Made by a program: the position numbers and the translations under genes. Positions 1 through 51,600 of a stretch of 64,000 bases of DNA are shown here, in pieces. Under the pieces are notes generated by a model. The model saw only the letters and a program-made list of their open reading frames with translations, had not been told where the DNA came from and ran no database searches. Every line of letters starts with the position of its first letter. The stretch's first letter is position 1. Location of the stretch: positions 1,536,001 through 1,600,000 of the forward strand of contig CAWJGT010000009.1 in the NCBI GenBank assembly GCA_963842525.1, in the 5' to 3' direction. Source of the DNA: an uncultured Holophagales bacterium (GTDB taxonomy: Bacteria > Acidobacteriota > Thermoanaerobaculia > Multivoradales > UBA5704).

Positions 1-1
1 C

Positions 2-3000
2 CTCGGCCGCCTCGACGACCAGGTCAAGGTGCGCGGTTTCCGCGTCGAGCCCGGCGAGGTCGAGGCGGCGCTGGCGGCCCACCCCGCAGTCGCCACCTGC
101 GCCGTGGTGGCGCGGCCGGACGGCGCGGGCGGCGCCTTCCTCGTCGGGTACGTCGTGCCGGCCGGGGCCAGCGGCCTGGCCGCGGAGGAGATTCTGCGGT
201 TCCTGCGCGAGCGGCTCCCTTCCTGGCTCGTCCCCTCCCGCCTCGTCGCCGTGCCGGAGCTGCCGCGGACCTCCAGCGGCAAGGTGGACCGCCGCGCTCT
301 GCCCGAGCCGTCCGCCGCGCCGGCGGACCCGGGAGCCGCGCCTCGCACTCCGGCCGAGGAGCTGATCGCCAGCATCTGGGAGAACCTCCTCGGCCTCTCC
401 GGCATCGGTGCCCAGGACGACTTCTTCGCCGTGGGCGGCCACTCGTTGCTCGCCGCCCAGGCGGCGGCGCGCCTGCGCGAAGCCTTCGGGGTCGAGGTGC
501 CGGTCGCCACCCTGTTCACCAATCCCACCCTCACCTCCCTGGCCCTCGCCCTGGACGAGGCCCGGCGGGGGAGCGCCCGGGAAGAGATCCCCCTGGAACG
601 CCGGCCTGCGGGGCTGGAGACGGCCGAGGCGGGTGGCCCGCCGCTCTCCTTCGCCCAGGAGCGGCTCTGGTTCCTCCAGGAGCTGTCCCCGGGGACCGCG
701 GCCTACAACGTCTTCACCGCCACCCGCCTGGAGGGCCCGCTGGACGTGCCGGCCCTCCACTGGAGCCTGGGCCGGGTCACGGCGCGGCACGAGTCGCTGC
801 GCACGGTCTTCCCGCGCGGCGGCACGCGGCCGGTCCAGCGGGTCACCGCCTGGCCGGGGCCGGCGCTGCCGGTCGTCGATCTCACCGCGCTGCCGCCGGC
901 GGCTCGCGAGGCGGCGGCGCGGCGCCACCTGCGCGAGGAGGCCGCCCGCCCGTTCGACCTGGAGGCGGGGCCGCTCTTCCGCGCCCTGCTGCTGCGCCAA
1001 GGCGAAGCCACGCACGACCTGCTCCTCACCCTGCACCACATCGTGGCCGACGGCTGGTCGATGGACGTCCTGGCGCGGGAGCTGGCAGCCTTCTACGGCG
1101 CCGCGGCGCCGGCTCTTCCCGCTCTCCCGCCCCTGGACATCCAGCCCGCCGACGTCGCGCGCTGGCAGCGCGCGGCGCTGAGCGGCGGCGCCCTGGCGCC
1201 GCAGGTCGCCTACTGGCGCAGCGCCCTCGCCGGAGCCTCCGGCACCCTCGATCTGCCGATCGACCGGCCGCGGCCGGCGGTGCAGACCGACCGCGGCGGC
1301 GCGGTCCCGCTCACCCTGCCGGCCGAGGTGGCGCGCGACCTGCGCGCCGCCGCCCACCGCGAGGGGGCGACCGTGTTCATGGCCCTGCTCGCCGGCCTGG
1401 CGGCGGTCCTCCACCGCTACACCGGCGAGGAGGACCTGGTGATCGGCACCCCGGTGGCGCACCGCACGCGCAAGGAGCTGGAGGGCCTCGTCGGCCTGTT
1501 CGTCAACACGCTGCCGCTGCGCTGCGATCTGACGGGGGACCCCACCTGGCGCGAGCTGCTGGGCCGCGTCCGCGGCACCGCTCTGGGCGCCTACGTCCAC
1601 CAGGACGTCCCCTTCGAATGGCTGGTCGAGGAGCTGCACCTGCGGCGCGACCTGTCCCGCGGCCCCCTGTTCCAGGTGATGCTCTTCCTCCAGGAGGGTA
1701 TCGGCGCCGGCCTGGCGCTGCCTGGCCTGCGTTGCGCGCCGGTGCCGCTGCACAACGGCACCGCCAAGCTCGACCTCACCATCTCCCTCACAGCGATGGA
1801 CGGTGCGCTCGACGGCGGCATCGAGCTGAACGCCGCCCTCTTCGACCTCCCCACGATCGAGCGCCTCGCCGGGCACTTCGGCTGCCTGCTGCGGGGCGGC
1901 CTCGCCGACTCCGGCTGCCACCTGTCGGCGCTCCCCCTCCTCGACGAGGCGGAGCGCCACCAGCTCCTGGCCGGCTGGAACGGCACCGCCGCCGCGGGTG
2001 GCGCCACGGCGAGCCTCTACGATCTATTCGCCGCCCAGGCGTCCCGTACCCCGGAGGCGGCCGCGGTCCACTTCCGCGACCGGTGGCTGTCCTACCGGGA
2101 GCTCGCGGAGAAGGCGGAGGTCCTCGCGCGGCGGCTACGCGCCCTCGGGGTGGCCGCGGGCGACCGGGTGGGTATCTGCCTCGAGCGTTCGGCGGAGCTG
2201 CCGGCCGCCCTGCTCGGGGTGCTCGCGGCCGGGGCCGCCTACCTGCCGCTCGACCCCGCCCTGCCGGAGGCGCGGATCGCCGGAATGGTCGAAGAAGCCG
2301 CGCCGGCCGCCCTGATCGTGCGCCGCGGCTCCCGGAGAGGGTCGGCGGCCTGCCCGCTCGTCTTCGTGGACGAGGACGGCGAGGGCGCACAGCTGCCCGG
2401 GGCCGGACCCGGAGCCGAGGCTCCGGCGTACCTGATGTACACCTCCGGCTCGACGGGCCGGCCCAAGGGGGTGGTGGTCACTCACCGCAACGTCCTCAAC
2501 TTCTTCGCCGCCATGGACGAGGTCCTGGCGGCCGACGCGACGGGGGTCTGGCTCGCCGTCACCGGCATCTCCTTCGACATCTCCGTCCTCGAGCTGCTGT
2601 GGACGCTTTGCCGCGGCTACACGGTGGTGGTGCAGGAGGAGCTGCGCGCCACCCCCCGGCCGGCGGCCGGCGCGGGCCGCCCGGCGCGCCCGCTGGACTT
2701 CAGCCTCTTCTACTTCGCCGACGCCGGCGGGGACGCCGACCGCTACCGTCTGCTGCTCGACGGCGCGCGCTTCGCGGACGAGCACGGCTTCGCGGCGGTC
2801 TGGACCCCGGAGCGCCACTTCCACTCCTTCGGCGGGCTCTACCCCAGCCCGGCGGTGACCGGCGCGGCGGTGGCCGCGGTGACCCGGCGGGTCGGCGTCC
2901 GCGCCGGCAGCGTGGTGCTCCCCCTCCACGATCCGCTGCGGGTGGCCGAGGAGTGGTCGGTGGTGGACAACCTCTCCCGCGGCCGGGCCGGCGTCTCCTT

Positions 3001-5889
3001 CGCCTCCGGGTGGCACGCCGACGACTTCGTGCTCGCGCCGGACAGCTACGCCGCGCGCAAGGAGGTGATGCTGCGCGGCATTGACGAGGTCCGCCGCCTC
3101 TGGCGCGGCGAGCCGGTGCGGCGCCGCGGCGGCGCCGGGCAGGAGATCGACGTGCGGATCTATCCGCCGCCCGTCCAGGCCGAGCTGCCGTTCTGGCTCA
3201 CCGCCGCCGGCAACGCCGAGACCTTCCGCGAGGCGGGCCGGCTGGGCGCCAACCTCCTCACCCATCTGCTGGGGCAGAGCGTCGAGGAGCTGGCGGAAAA
3301 GATCGCGGTCTACCGGGCGGCGCGGCGCGAGGCGGGGCACGACCCCGAGAGCGGCGTCGTCACCCTGATGCTCCACACCTTCGTCGGCCGCGACCAGCAG
3401 GAGGTGCGGGCGCGGGTCCGCGGCCCGCTCACCGAGTACCTGCGCAGCTCCGTGGGCCTGGTGGACAACCTGGCGCGCAGCCTGGGCCTGGGCGCCGACG
3501 CCGGCAGCCTCTCGCCCGCGGACCTGGAGGCCCTGCTCGACCATGCCTTCGAGCGCTACTTCGCCACCAGCTCGCTGCTCGGCACCCGTGAGGAGTGCCG
3601 CGGCCGGGTGGCGCGTTTCCAGTCGCTCGGCGTCGACGAGATCGGCTGCCTGATCGACTTCGGGGTCGAGGTCGACGCGGTCCTCGCCAGCCTCGCCGAC
3701 CTGGCCGCCTTGCGCGAGGACGTCCAGGCCGCCGCGCACCGGCAGGCGGGCGAGGACGATTACACCCTCGCCGTCCAGGCCGCGCGGCACGGCGCCACCC
3801 ACCTCCAGTGCACCCCCTCGCTCGCCGCCCTCCTGGTGGCGGACCCGGCCTCCCGGGAGGCGCTGCGCCCGCTGCGCAAGCTCCTGGTGGGAGGCGAGGC
3901 GCTGCCCGCGCCCCTGGCCGAGCAGCTCACCGCGGCGGTGGGCGGGGAGGTCCTCAACATGTACGGCCCCACCGAGACCACGGTCTGGTCGCTGTACGAC
4001 CGGGTGCTGCCGGGCGAGCGGGTGACCCTCGGGCGGCCGCTGCGCAACACCGGGGTCCATGTGCTCGATCCGCGGCTGCAGCCGGTGCCCGTCGGCGTGC
4101 CCGGCGAGGTCTGGCTCTCCGGCGACGGCGTCACGGCCGGCTACTGGCGCCGTCCCGACCTGACCGCCGAGCGGTTCCTCCCCGACCCCTTCGGCGAGAG
4201 CCCGGGCGGCCGCCTCTACCGCACCGGCGACCGCGCCCGCCGCCTACCGGACGGCCGCCTGCACTTCCTCGGGCGCGCCGACCACCAGGTCAAGATCCGC
4301 GGCCACCGCATCGAGCCGGGGGAGGTGGAGGAGGCCCTGCGCCGCCACCCCGGAGTGGCCGAGGCGGTGGTCATGGCCCGCGAGGAGGCTTCCGGCGACC
4401 GCTGCCTCCTCGCCTGGGTGGTCCCCGAAGGGGGCGGCGGCGTGGCGCCGTCGCGCCTGGAGCCCAAGGGGGAGCTGCCGCCCGACCGCCCCCGCTTCCG
4501 GCTGCCCAACGGCATGGTGGTCACCTACCTGCGGGACTTCCAGGCCCGCACCGGCTACGAGGAGGTCTTCGAGGACGAGATCTACCTGCGCCACGGCATC
4601 GAGCTGCCCGACAACGCGTGCGTCTTCGACGTCGGCGCCAACATCGGCTTCTTCAGCCTGTGGCTGCACGGCCGCTGCCGCAACCCGCGGGTCTTCGCCT
4701 TCGAGCCGATCCCGCCGACCTTCGCCACGCTCGCGGCCAACATGGCCCTGTACGGCCTGGACGTGCGCCTGTTCAACCAGGGCGTGGGCGACCGCCCGGG
4801 GCGCGCCGACTTCGGCTTCTACCCCAACGCTCCCGGCCTCTCCGGCCGCTTCGCCGGCACCGCCGAGGACCGCGCCGAGAACCGCGCCATCATCCTTGAC
4901 TGGCTGCGCAAGGTGGCCAATCCCGACGGCGCCGCCGCCTTCTCGCCCGAGGAACTGGAGAAGACCCTCGACGAGCAGCTCCGTGTCGAGACCTGCTCGT
5001 GCGAGATCGTCACCCTCTCCGACGTCATCCGCGAGCACGGGGTCGAGCGCATTGACCTGCTCAAGGTGGACGTCGAGAAGAGCGAGCTCGACGTGCTGCG
5101 TGGCCTGCGTGACGAGGACTGGGGCAGGATCGACCAGGTGGTGCTGGAGATCCACACCCGCGAGCTGCTGGAGAGCATCACCGCGCTCCTTACCGCCAGG
5201 GGCTACCGGCTCGGCGTGGAGGAGGTCGCGGTGGTCGACGGCGCGGCGGCGGAGCACGGCCAGAGCGCGCACGTCTACATGCTCTACGCGGTGTCCGAGC
5301 GGCGGCGAGGGGGGGCGGCGGCCGGCACCCGGCCGGCGCTGTCGCCGGGCGAGCTGCGCCGCCATCTCGCCGCCCGCCTGCCCGAGCCGATGATCCCGGC
5401 GGCCTTCGTGATCCTGGAGACGCTGCCCCGCACCAGCAACGGCAAGATCGACCGGCGTGCGCTGCCGGCGCCCAGCGCCGAGCGGCCGCAGGTGGAGAGC
5501 GTCTTCGTGGCGCCGGCCACCCAGCTCGAGCGGTCGATCGCCGTCGTCTGGCAGGAGGTCCTGCGGCGCGACCGCATCGGCATCCACGACAACTTCTTCG
5601 AGGTGGGCGGCACCTCCCTGCTGCTCGTCCAGGTGCAGACCCGGATGCGGCAGGCGCTGAGACGGGAGGTGGCGATGGTGCAGATGTTCCGCCACCCGAC
5701 CGTCCACACCCTGGCCCAGGCGCTGGCGCGCGACGAGGACACCCTCGATCTGGCGGAGGCCGGTGAGCGCGGGCGCCTGCAGTCCGGCGTCGCGGAGCAG
5801 ACCAGCGCCTTCCGCCGCCAGCGGCAGTTCCTGGAAGACCGCAAACGCCAGAAGGCCTCCCTCGGACGGCCCGAGAGATGGGAGCCGCG

Positions 5890-5893
<4 letters not shown>
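2..5893 (+). CDS. NRPS, 5'-partial: A(C-term)-T-C-A[Gly; LLM monooxygenase insert; FkbM methyltransferase insert]-T
   Basis: Frame is open from base 2 (LGRLDDQVKVRGFRVE, A8 motif), so the GTG at 29 is not the start. T motif GGHSL; C motif HHIVADG (1034); A3 YTSGSTGRPKG; manual code DILQLGMVWK matches the Gly consensus; final T motif GGTSL; stop TGA 5891-5893. Confidence 0.95.
2690..3735 (+). other. Luciferase-like (LLM-class, FMN-dependent) monooxygenase domain inserted between A4 and A5 of the A domain
   Basis: Motifs LDFSLFYFAD, AVWTPERHFHSFGGLYPSP, RVAEEWSVVDNLSRGR, SFASGWHADDF and GVDEIGCLIDFG. It is flanked by A4 (SFDISVLE) upstream and HLQCTPS...GGE...NMYGPTETT downstream. Confidence 0.9.
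4490..5295 (+). other. FkbM-family SAM-dependent methyltransferase domain inserted between A8 and A9 of the same A domain
   Basis: Motifs RLPNGM, YEEVFEDEIY, VFDVGANIGFF, FAFEPIP and IDLLKVDVEKSE. It lies after GRADHQVKIRGHRIE (A8) and before LPEPMIP...NGKIDR (A9/A10). Confidence 0.9.
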
Positions 5894-46400
<40,507 letters not shown>

Positions 46401-46448
46401 AGCAGCTTGCAACGAGATCGGGTAGCAATCGATATCAAGGAGACAGCG

Positions 46449-46484
46449 ATGAATCAAGCACCGGCAGCCGGATTCCCCCTCACC
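46449..46484 (+). pseudogene. Remnant 5' end of an interface-A-T NRPS gene (MNQAPAAGFPLT), homologous to the start of 48655..52002
   Basis: RBS AAGGAG just upstream. Bases 46461-46484 match 48667-48690 at 21/24 nt with identical peptide PAAGFPLT, after which similarity stops. Confidence 0.7.
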
Positions 46485-46679
46485 ACCGCGCCGCGCCACG
46501 TGTTCGACCGCGCCATACACGAGTCGGGGGCGTGCTCCCCGAGCAGATCGACGAGGCAGGTGATCCAGCCCCTGCTGGGCGAGGGTCCAGAGGCACCGCT
46601 GGCTGACGCCCGACTCCCCGTGAGGATGTGGTCAATGTCGTTCGCAATGGAGTCCAATCCCGGCGGAGAGATCTCCGTC

Positions 46680-46708
46680 TTGCGAAGACTCTAGACAATG
46701 GTTATACT
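46680..46708 (+). promoter_or_regulatory. Putative sigma70-type promoter TTGCGA-N17-TATACT upstream of the radical SAM gene
   Basis: -35 TTGCGA at 46680-46685 (4/6 to TTGACA), 17-nt spacer, -10 TATACT at 46703-46708 (5/6 to TATAAT). It lies in the only long intergenic region of the window. Confidence 0.6.
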
Positions 46709-46912
46709 TGCTCGCTTGCTAGTGATTGGAGTTGCCCTCATGTTGTATCTACTGGCTGTCCTCCTCTCTTGTCGAGCTTCTTCGAACGGCGGGGGGATCG
46801 GGCGGCGCTTGGTGGCCTGCATCCTCGCCGGGCGATCCTTCTCGGGTTCCCGGCGGATCCTGGTAGTGATGGGGGACGGTGCGTTCCGAAGATGTTTGGA
46901 ATTCTCGTCCTC

Positions 46913-46928
46913 TTTTGAGTTCTCAAAA
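46913..46928. promoter_or_regulatory. AT-rich inverted repeat TTTTGAG-TT-CTCAAAA, candidate operator
   Basis: Perfect 7-bp arms with a 2-nt spacer, about 35 nt upstream of the GTG start at 46964. Confidence 0.35.
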
Positions 46929-46963
46929 CAATTTGACGGCGCAGCCGTTCAGGAGATCCGACT

Positions 46964-48622
46964 GTGAATGATCAGATTTCTCTGGACTGCATGGTCATAG
47001 GCTATAACGAGACCCCCTTCGAGCGATATGAGCAACTGCTGATGCAGTACGGGAGGGATACCGAAGCGTACCGCGACCTGCAACTCAGCTTTGTCGAGGT
47101 AGACGGACGGAAGCTGACTTATGCGGGGCTCCTGAGCTCGCTGTGGCACCAGGCCCGGGGCGCGTCCGACCCATGCCGGCAGGGGCCGTTCAAATCCGGT
47201 GACATTCCCAACCTTGCCGCAGTCTATCTCACTATCTATCTGCGGCGGCAGGGATTCACGGCGGACTACCTCAATCTTTTCCAAGACGAGAAGGATCGTT
47301 TGGCCGATATCCTCGCGCACGGAGTGCGTACAGTAGCGATTACCACAACGTTCTATGTTCTTAACTTCCCCGTGACCGAGATGGTCCAGTTCATCCGCAG
47401 CATCGATAGTGGAGTGAAGATCGTGGTGGGGGGGCCCCTCGTTGCAAACCATCTCCGCAATTACCATAACCAGGGCGATCTGATTACGGCATTGGACGAC
47501 ATCGGTGCTGACATCTATGTCCATGACTCGCAGGGTGAATGGACGCTCTGCCAAGTCCTGGCTGCTTTGAAGGGCAAGGGGGACCTCGGGCAGGTCCCCA
47601 ACCTGATCTACCGAGAAAACGGAACTTATCACCGCACGGCTGCACATGGGGAGAACAACTCGTTGGACGAGAACGCCATTGACTGGCGGATGCTGTCGGA
47701 TCACGACCTCGGGCCAACACTGCAGACCCGGACAGCGCGCAGCTGCGCCTTCTCCTGCTCGTTTTGCAACTACCCAACCCGTGCTGGTCGTCTGACTCTC
47801 GCCGGTCTCGACACATTGGAGCGGGAATTCAATTCGATGCGCGACTTGGGGAATATCGAGAATGTGATCTTCATCGATGATACCTTCAACGTGCCGCTGC
47901 CGCGGTTCAAGGAGATTTGCCGGCTTCTCATCGATCGTCAGTACGGTTTCAACTGGTACTCATATTTCCGGTGCAGTAACGCCGATGAGGAAACCTTCGA
48001 TCTCATGGCCGCGAGCGGATGCAAAGGTGTGTTTTTAGGTATTGAATCGGGCTCGCCGCGCATTCTCAAGAATATGAACAAGGCGGCAACAGTCGAGAAG
48101 TACGCAAATGGAATACGCAACCTCAAAGAGCGTGACATCCTCACCTTCGCATCCTTCATCGTCGGCTTCCCCGGGGAGACGCCGGAGACAGTGGGGGAGA
48201 CGGCCGAGTTCCTCACCAGCCACCGTCCGGACTATTATCGGGTCCAGCTCTGGTACAACGAACCAGGAACTCCGATCCATGACCAGGCCGATACCTACGG
48301 CATCATGGGAGACGGCTTCGTCTGGAATCACAAGACGATGGATAGCATGGAGGCGATGGATCACATCGAGCGACTGTTCCTGACCATCGATGGCCCCATC
48401 TGGTTGCCGCAATGGTCGTTTGATTTCTGGATCATTCCCTATTTTATGGGAATGGGGATCAGCCGCAAACAGTTCGATCATCAAATGCGGCTCGCACAGC
48501 AGCTTCTCAGCCTCGAGATCGCGTCCGTTGGACGGAGTACGCGTGAGAAGTTGCAGAACGAAATTCTGGGCGCCATGAAACGGGACATCGCCGGCTGGAA
48601 CCCCGCAGTCTCCAGCGCGTAA
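46964..48622 (+). CDS. Cobalamin-dependent (class B) radical SAM methyltransferase, PhpK/BcpD-like, 552 aa
   Basis: CxxxCxxC motif CAFSCSFC at 47744-47767. N-terminal B12-binding-like region (VAITTTFY...KIVVGGP). Class B motifs FIDDTFN, LGIESGS and FIVGFPGET. RBS AGGAG at 46951-46955. Subfamily assignment is from recall, not a search. Confidence 0.88.
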   Translation: MNDQISLDCMVIGYNETPFERYEQLLMQYGRDTEAYRDLQLSFVEVDGRKLTYAGLLSSLWHQARGASDPCRQGPFKSGDIPNLAAVYLTIYLRRQGFTADYLNLFQDEKDRLADILAHGVRTVAITTTFYVLNFPVTEMVQFIRSIDSGVKIVVGGPLVANHLRNYHNQGDLITALDDIGADIYVHDSQGEWTLCQVLAALKGKGDLGQVPNLIYRENGTYHRTAAHGENNSLDENAIDWRMLSDHDLGPTLQTRTARSCAFSCSFCNYPTRAGRLTLAGLDTLEREFNSMRDLGNIENVIFIDDTFNVPLPRFKEICRLLIDRQYGFNWYSYFRCSNADEETFDLMAASGCKGVFLGIESGSPRILKNMNKAATVEKYANGIRNLKERDILTFASFIVGFPGETPETVGETAEFLTSHRPDYYRVQLWYNEPGTPIHDQADTYGIMGDGFVWNHKTMDSMEAMDHIERLFLTIDGPIWLPQWSFDFWIIPYFMGMGISRKQFDHQMRLAQQLLSLEIASVGRSTREKLQNEILGAMKRDIAGWNPAVSSA

Positions 48623-48654
48623 TTGTGCCCTCGGCGAAGACTTAGAGGGTGTTT

Positions 48655-51600
48655 ATGGATAACCAACCGGCAGCGGGTTTCCCGCTCACCGAAAGCCAGC
48701 GGAGGCTCTGGTCCCTACGTCAGCAGGGGCTGGCGCCGCGAATTGCCTGCCTCGTTGATCTGATCGGAGAGTTCGAGCCCCAACTGGTGCGTAGAGCGAT
48801 AGAGCAGGTGGTACTGCGCCACGAGATGCTACGCACTGGTTTTCTGCGCAGGCCTGGGATGAGATTCCCGCTCCAAGTGCCGCGGGAGGCAGTGGCGGCT
48901 GGTTGGCTGGAGGTAGATCTTACAGAGGCGACAACTCCGGCGGCTGGCGACCGCTTCGAGGAACTCTGGCACCGCGAGCTGGTCTATGCGGCGGATCGCG
49001 AGGACGACCTCCTGAGGGCCGTGTTGATCACAAGGACGGGGAGCTGCTCCCTCTTGATCAGTGTGCCTTCCCTCTGCGCCGATGTTTTCTCACTGCGGCG
49101 GATCGTTGAGGAGGTGGCCCAAGTCTGCGCCGGCGGCGTGGAGGGCCTCGAAGACCCCGTGCCCTATCTCGACGTCGTTGAATGGCAGGGGAAACTGCTC
49201 ACTGGGAACGATGAGGAAGCTACCCGTGGGCGCGCCTTCTGGCGTCGGCAGGACCTCGGGGCGCTTCAGGCGCCATCTCTGCCATTCGAGGGCGGCTCCG
49301 GCCCTGCGCTCCGCGAGGACCGTGATGTGGTCCCCGCGCGAGTCAGCGTAGACACCGCATACGAGCTCCGTGCGGAGCTGTATACGGCTGCCGAGCGGCA
49401 TGGCGTCTCCCGCGTGGAGATCTTGCGTCTGGCTTGGCGGGTTCTGCTGGCACGCCTGTCAGGAGAGTCTACGTTCCTCCTCCACGAGCTCTTTGACGGT
49501 CGTAGCGACGAGCAACTCCTGTCCATGGTCGGCCCCTTATCACGCTGGATCCCACAGCGCGTTGAGGAGGTGGAAGACCACACTCTGGAGGAGGCTCTCC
49601 GCCGGGTCGGACGGCTCCATGTCGACTCCGAGGTCTGGCAACACCACCTGGAGTGGCCTGCGGAGGCCAATCCCGCGGTGGATGAGGCCATGGTGGGGTT
49701 CGTGGTTGAGTCCTGGCCCAGGTTCTCCGCCGGTGCGGGCCGGGCTCTCGCGGTGCGCCGTCGGCAGTCGTGGAGTGAGCCCTTTAAGCTCGTGCTCTGT
49801 TGTCTCGAGCTCGGAGAAGATCTGGCGGTCGAGCTGCATTATGACGCGAGTCGCCTGTCCCGGCCGGACGTGGAGCACACGGCGGCGCAGCTCGCCGTGC
49901 TTCTTGCGGGACTGAGCTCCGTCGAGCCTCGCTTGCGGCGGCTCTCTCTCACCGGCGAATCCGAAAGCCGAGTCCTGGCGCAGCTCTGCCGCGGAGAAGC
50001 GCTTCGGATCCCTGGGCAGCCGGTCCATCGTCTGATCGAGGCCCAGGCGGCGCTGATTCCGTTGGCGCCGGCGGTGATCTATGAAGATCTGGTCCTGTCC
50101 TACGGTGACCTTAATACCCGAGCCAACCAGCTCGGTCGTGTCCTTCGGCGCTTGGGCGTTACGCCCGACACTCCGGTGGCACTTTTTGTCGGACGCTCGC
50201 CCGAGCTGATGGTCGGGATGCTTGCGATCCTGAAGGCCGGCGGGGCCTACGTCCCCCTCGACGCTGCGCAGCCGAACCGCCGGCTTTCGATGGAGTTGGA
50301 CGACTTGGGGGTGCGGGTCATTGTTACGGAGAACGGTCTAGCCTCTCGGCTGTCCGATTTCCCCGGCGCGGTGGTCCGCATCGATGGCGACCAGGAGGAG
50401 ATCTCATGCGAGCCGAGGGTGGATCTCGAAAGGGGAAGCCTGCCGGAGAACCTCGCTTACATCATCTTCACCTCGGGGTCGACAGGCCGCTCCAAGGGGG
50501 TGGCCGTGGAGCACCGGCAGCTCCTCAATTACATTGAAGGGATCCGGACCCGGCTCAGCCTGGGGACGGGTTGGAGCTACGCCAACGTGTCCACGTTCGC
50601 GGCGGACCTTGGGAACACCACGGTATTCCCTGCGCTGACGAGCGGTGGCTGCCTGCACCTCGTCGCGCAGGAGAGGACTGCGGACCCCGCAGGCATGGTC
50701 GAGTATTTCGAACGGCACCCGGTGGACTGCCTGAAGATCGTGCCGACCCACCTGGAGGCCCTACACGCGATGGCCGAGCCGGAGCGCCTGCTGCCGCGCC
50801 GTCGCCTGGTACTGGGAGGGGAGGCCTCAAAGGTCCGGCATAGCGAGGAGCTGTCGCGGATTGCGGGGGAATGCCGGGTCTTCAACCACTACGGCCCGTC
50901 GGAAACCACCGTCGGCGTGCTCACGTACCCAGTGCCCACAGCCCTTGACAGCCGCTGCCGAACGCTCCCCATCGGCAGCCCGCTCCCCAACACCAGCGTC
51001 TATCTCCTCGACCGTGAAGGCAAGCGAGTGTCGGTCTGGGAGCCGGGAGAGATCCACATAGGCGGTGCCAGCGTGTCGCGCGGGTACTTCGGGCGTCCGG
51101 AGCTGACCGCCGAGAGCTTCGTGCCAGACCCCTTCGCGACGGAGCTGGGAATGCGGATGTACCGGACGGGGGACCTCGCCCGACTCCTGCCGGAAGGGAG
51201 TATCGAGTTCCTCGGTCGTCGCGACCACCAAGTCAAGTTCCATGGCTTCCGGGTGGAGCTCAACGAGATCCGGACACTGCTGAACACGCACCCGCAAATC
51301 CGCGACAGTGTGGTGCAGGCGATACGCGACCGGAATGGCCGCGACGCCCTGATCGCCTACTACGTCTCCCGCCAAGAGCTGGAGTTCGGCTCGCTGCGCG
51401 CCTGGCTCGCCCAGAGACTCGCCGAGGTGATCCTCCCCAACTTCTTCGTCCATCTGCGCAAGCTCCCTCTCACTCTGAACGGCAAGATCAACTATCAGGC
51501 GCTTCCCGGCATCGAAGAGGCCAAGCAGCAGGCGCGGAGCTCCTTCATCGCGCCGCGCACCGAGACCGAAGAGGAGGTGGCGAGAATCTGGTCCGAGGTT

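Noticed and set aside
46715-46963. Cobalamin riboswitch ahead of the B12-dependent enzyme
   Set aside because: I could not find the conserved B12-box elements (GCCACTG, GGGAAG). An Infernal scan would be needed to exclude a divergent one.
46407-46967. Small ORFs 46407-46694, 46628-46918 and 46698-46967 as real genes, e.g. a RiPP precursor for the radical SAM enzyme
   Set aside because: No leader/core pattern or coding bias. Only the 12 codons from 46449 are explicable, as an NRPS remnant, and the rest overlaps a likely promoter and leader.
46964-48622. Assigning the gene symbol phpK and calling this a phosphinothricin-type cluster
   Set aside because: Only a family-level resemblance from recall, with no phosphonate pathway genes in the window.
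46440-48700. Insertion sequence or transposon carrying the radical SAM gene
   Set aside because: No transposase or terminal inverted repeats are visible, and the flanking similarity is diverged coding sequence, not an exact target-site duplication.
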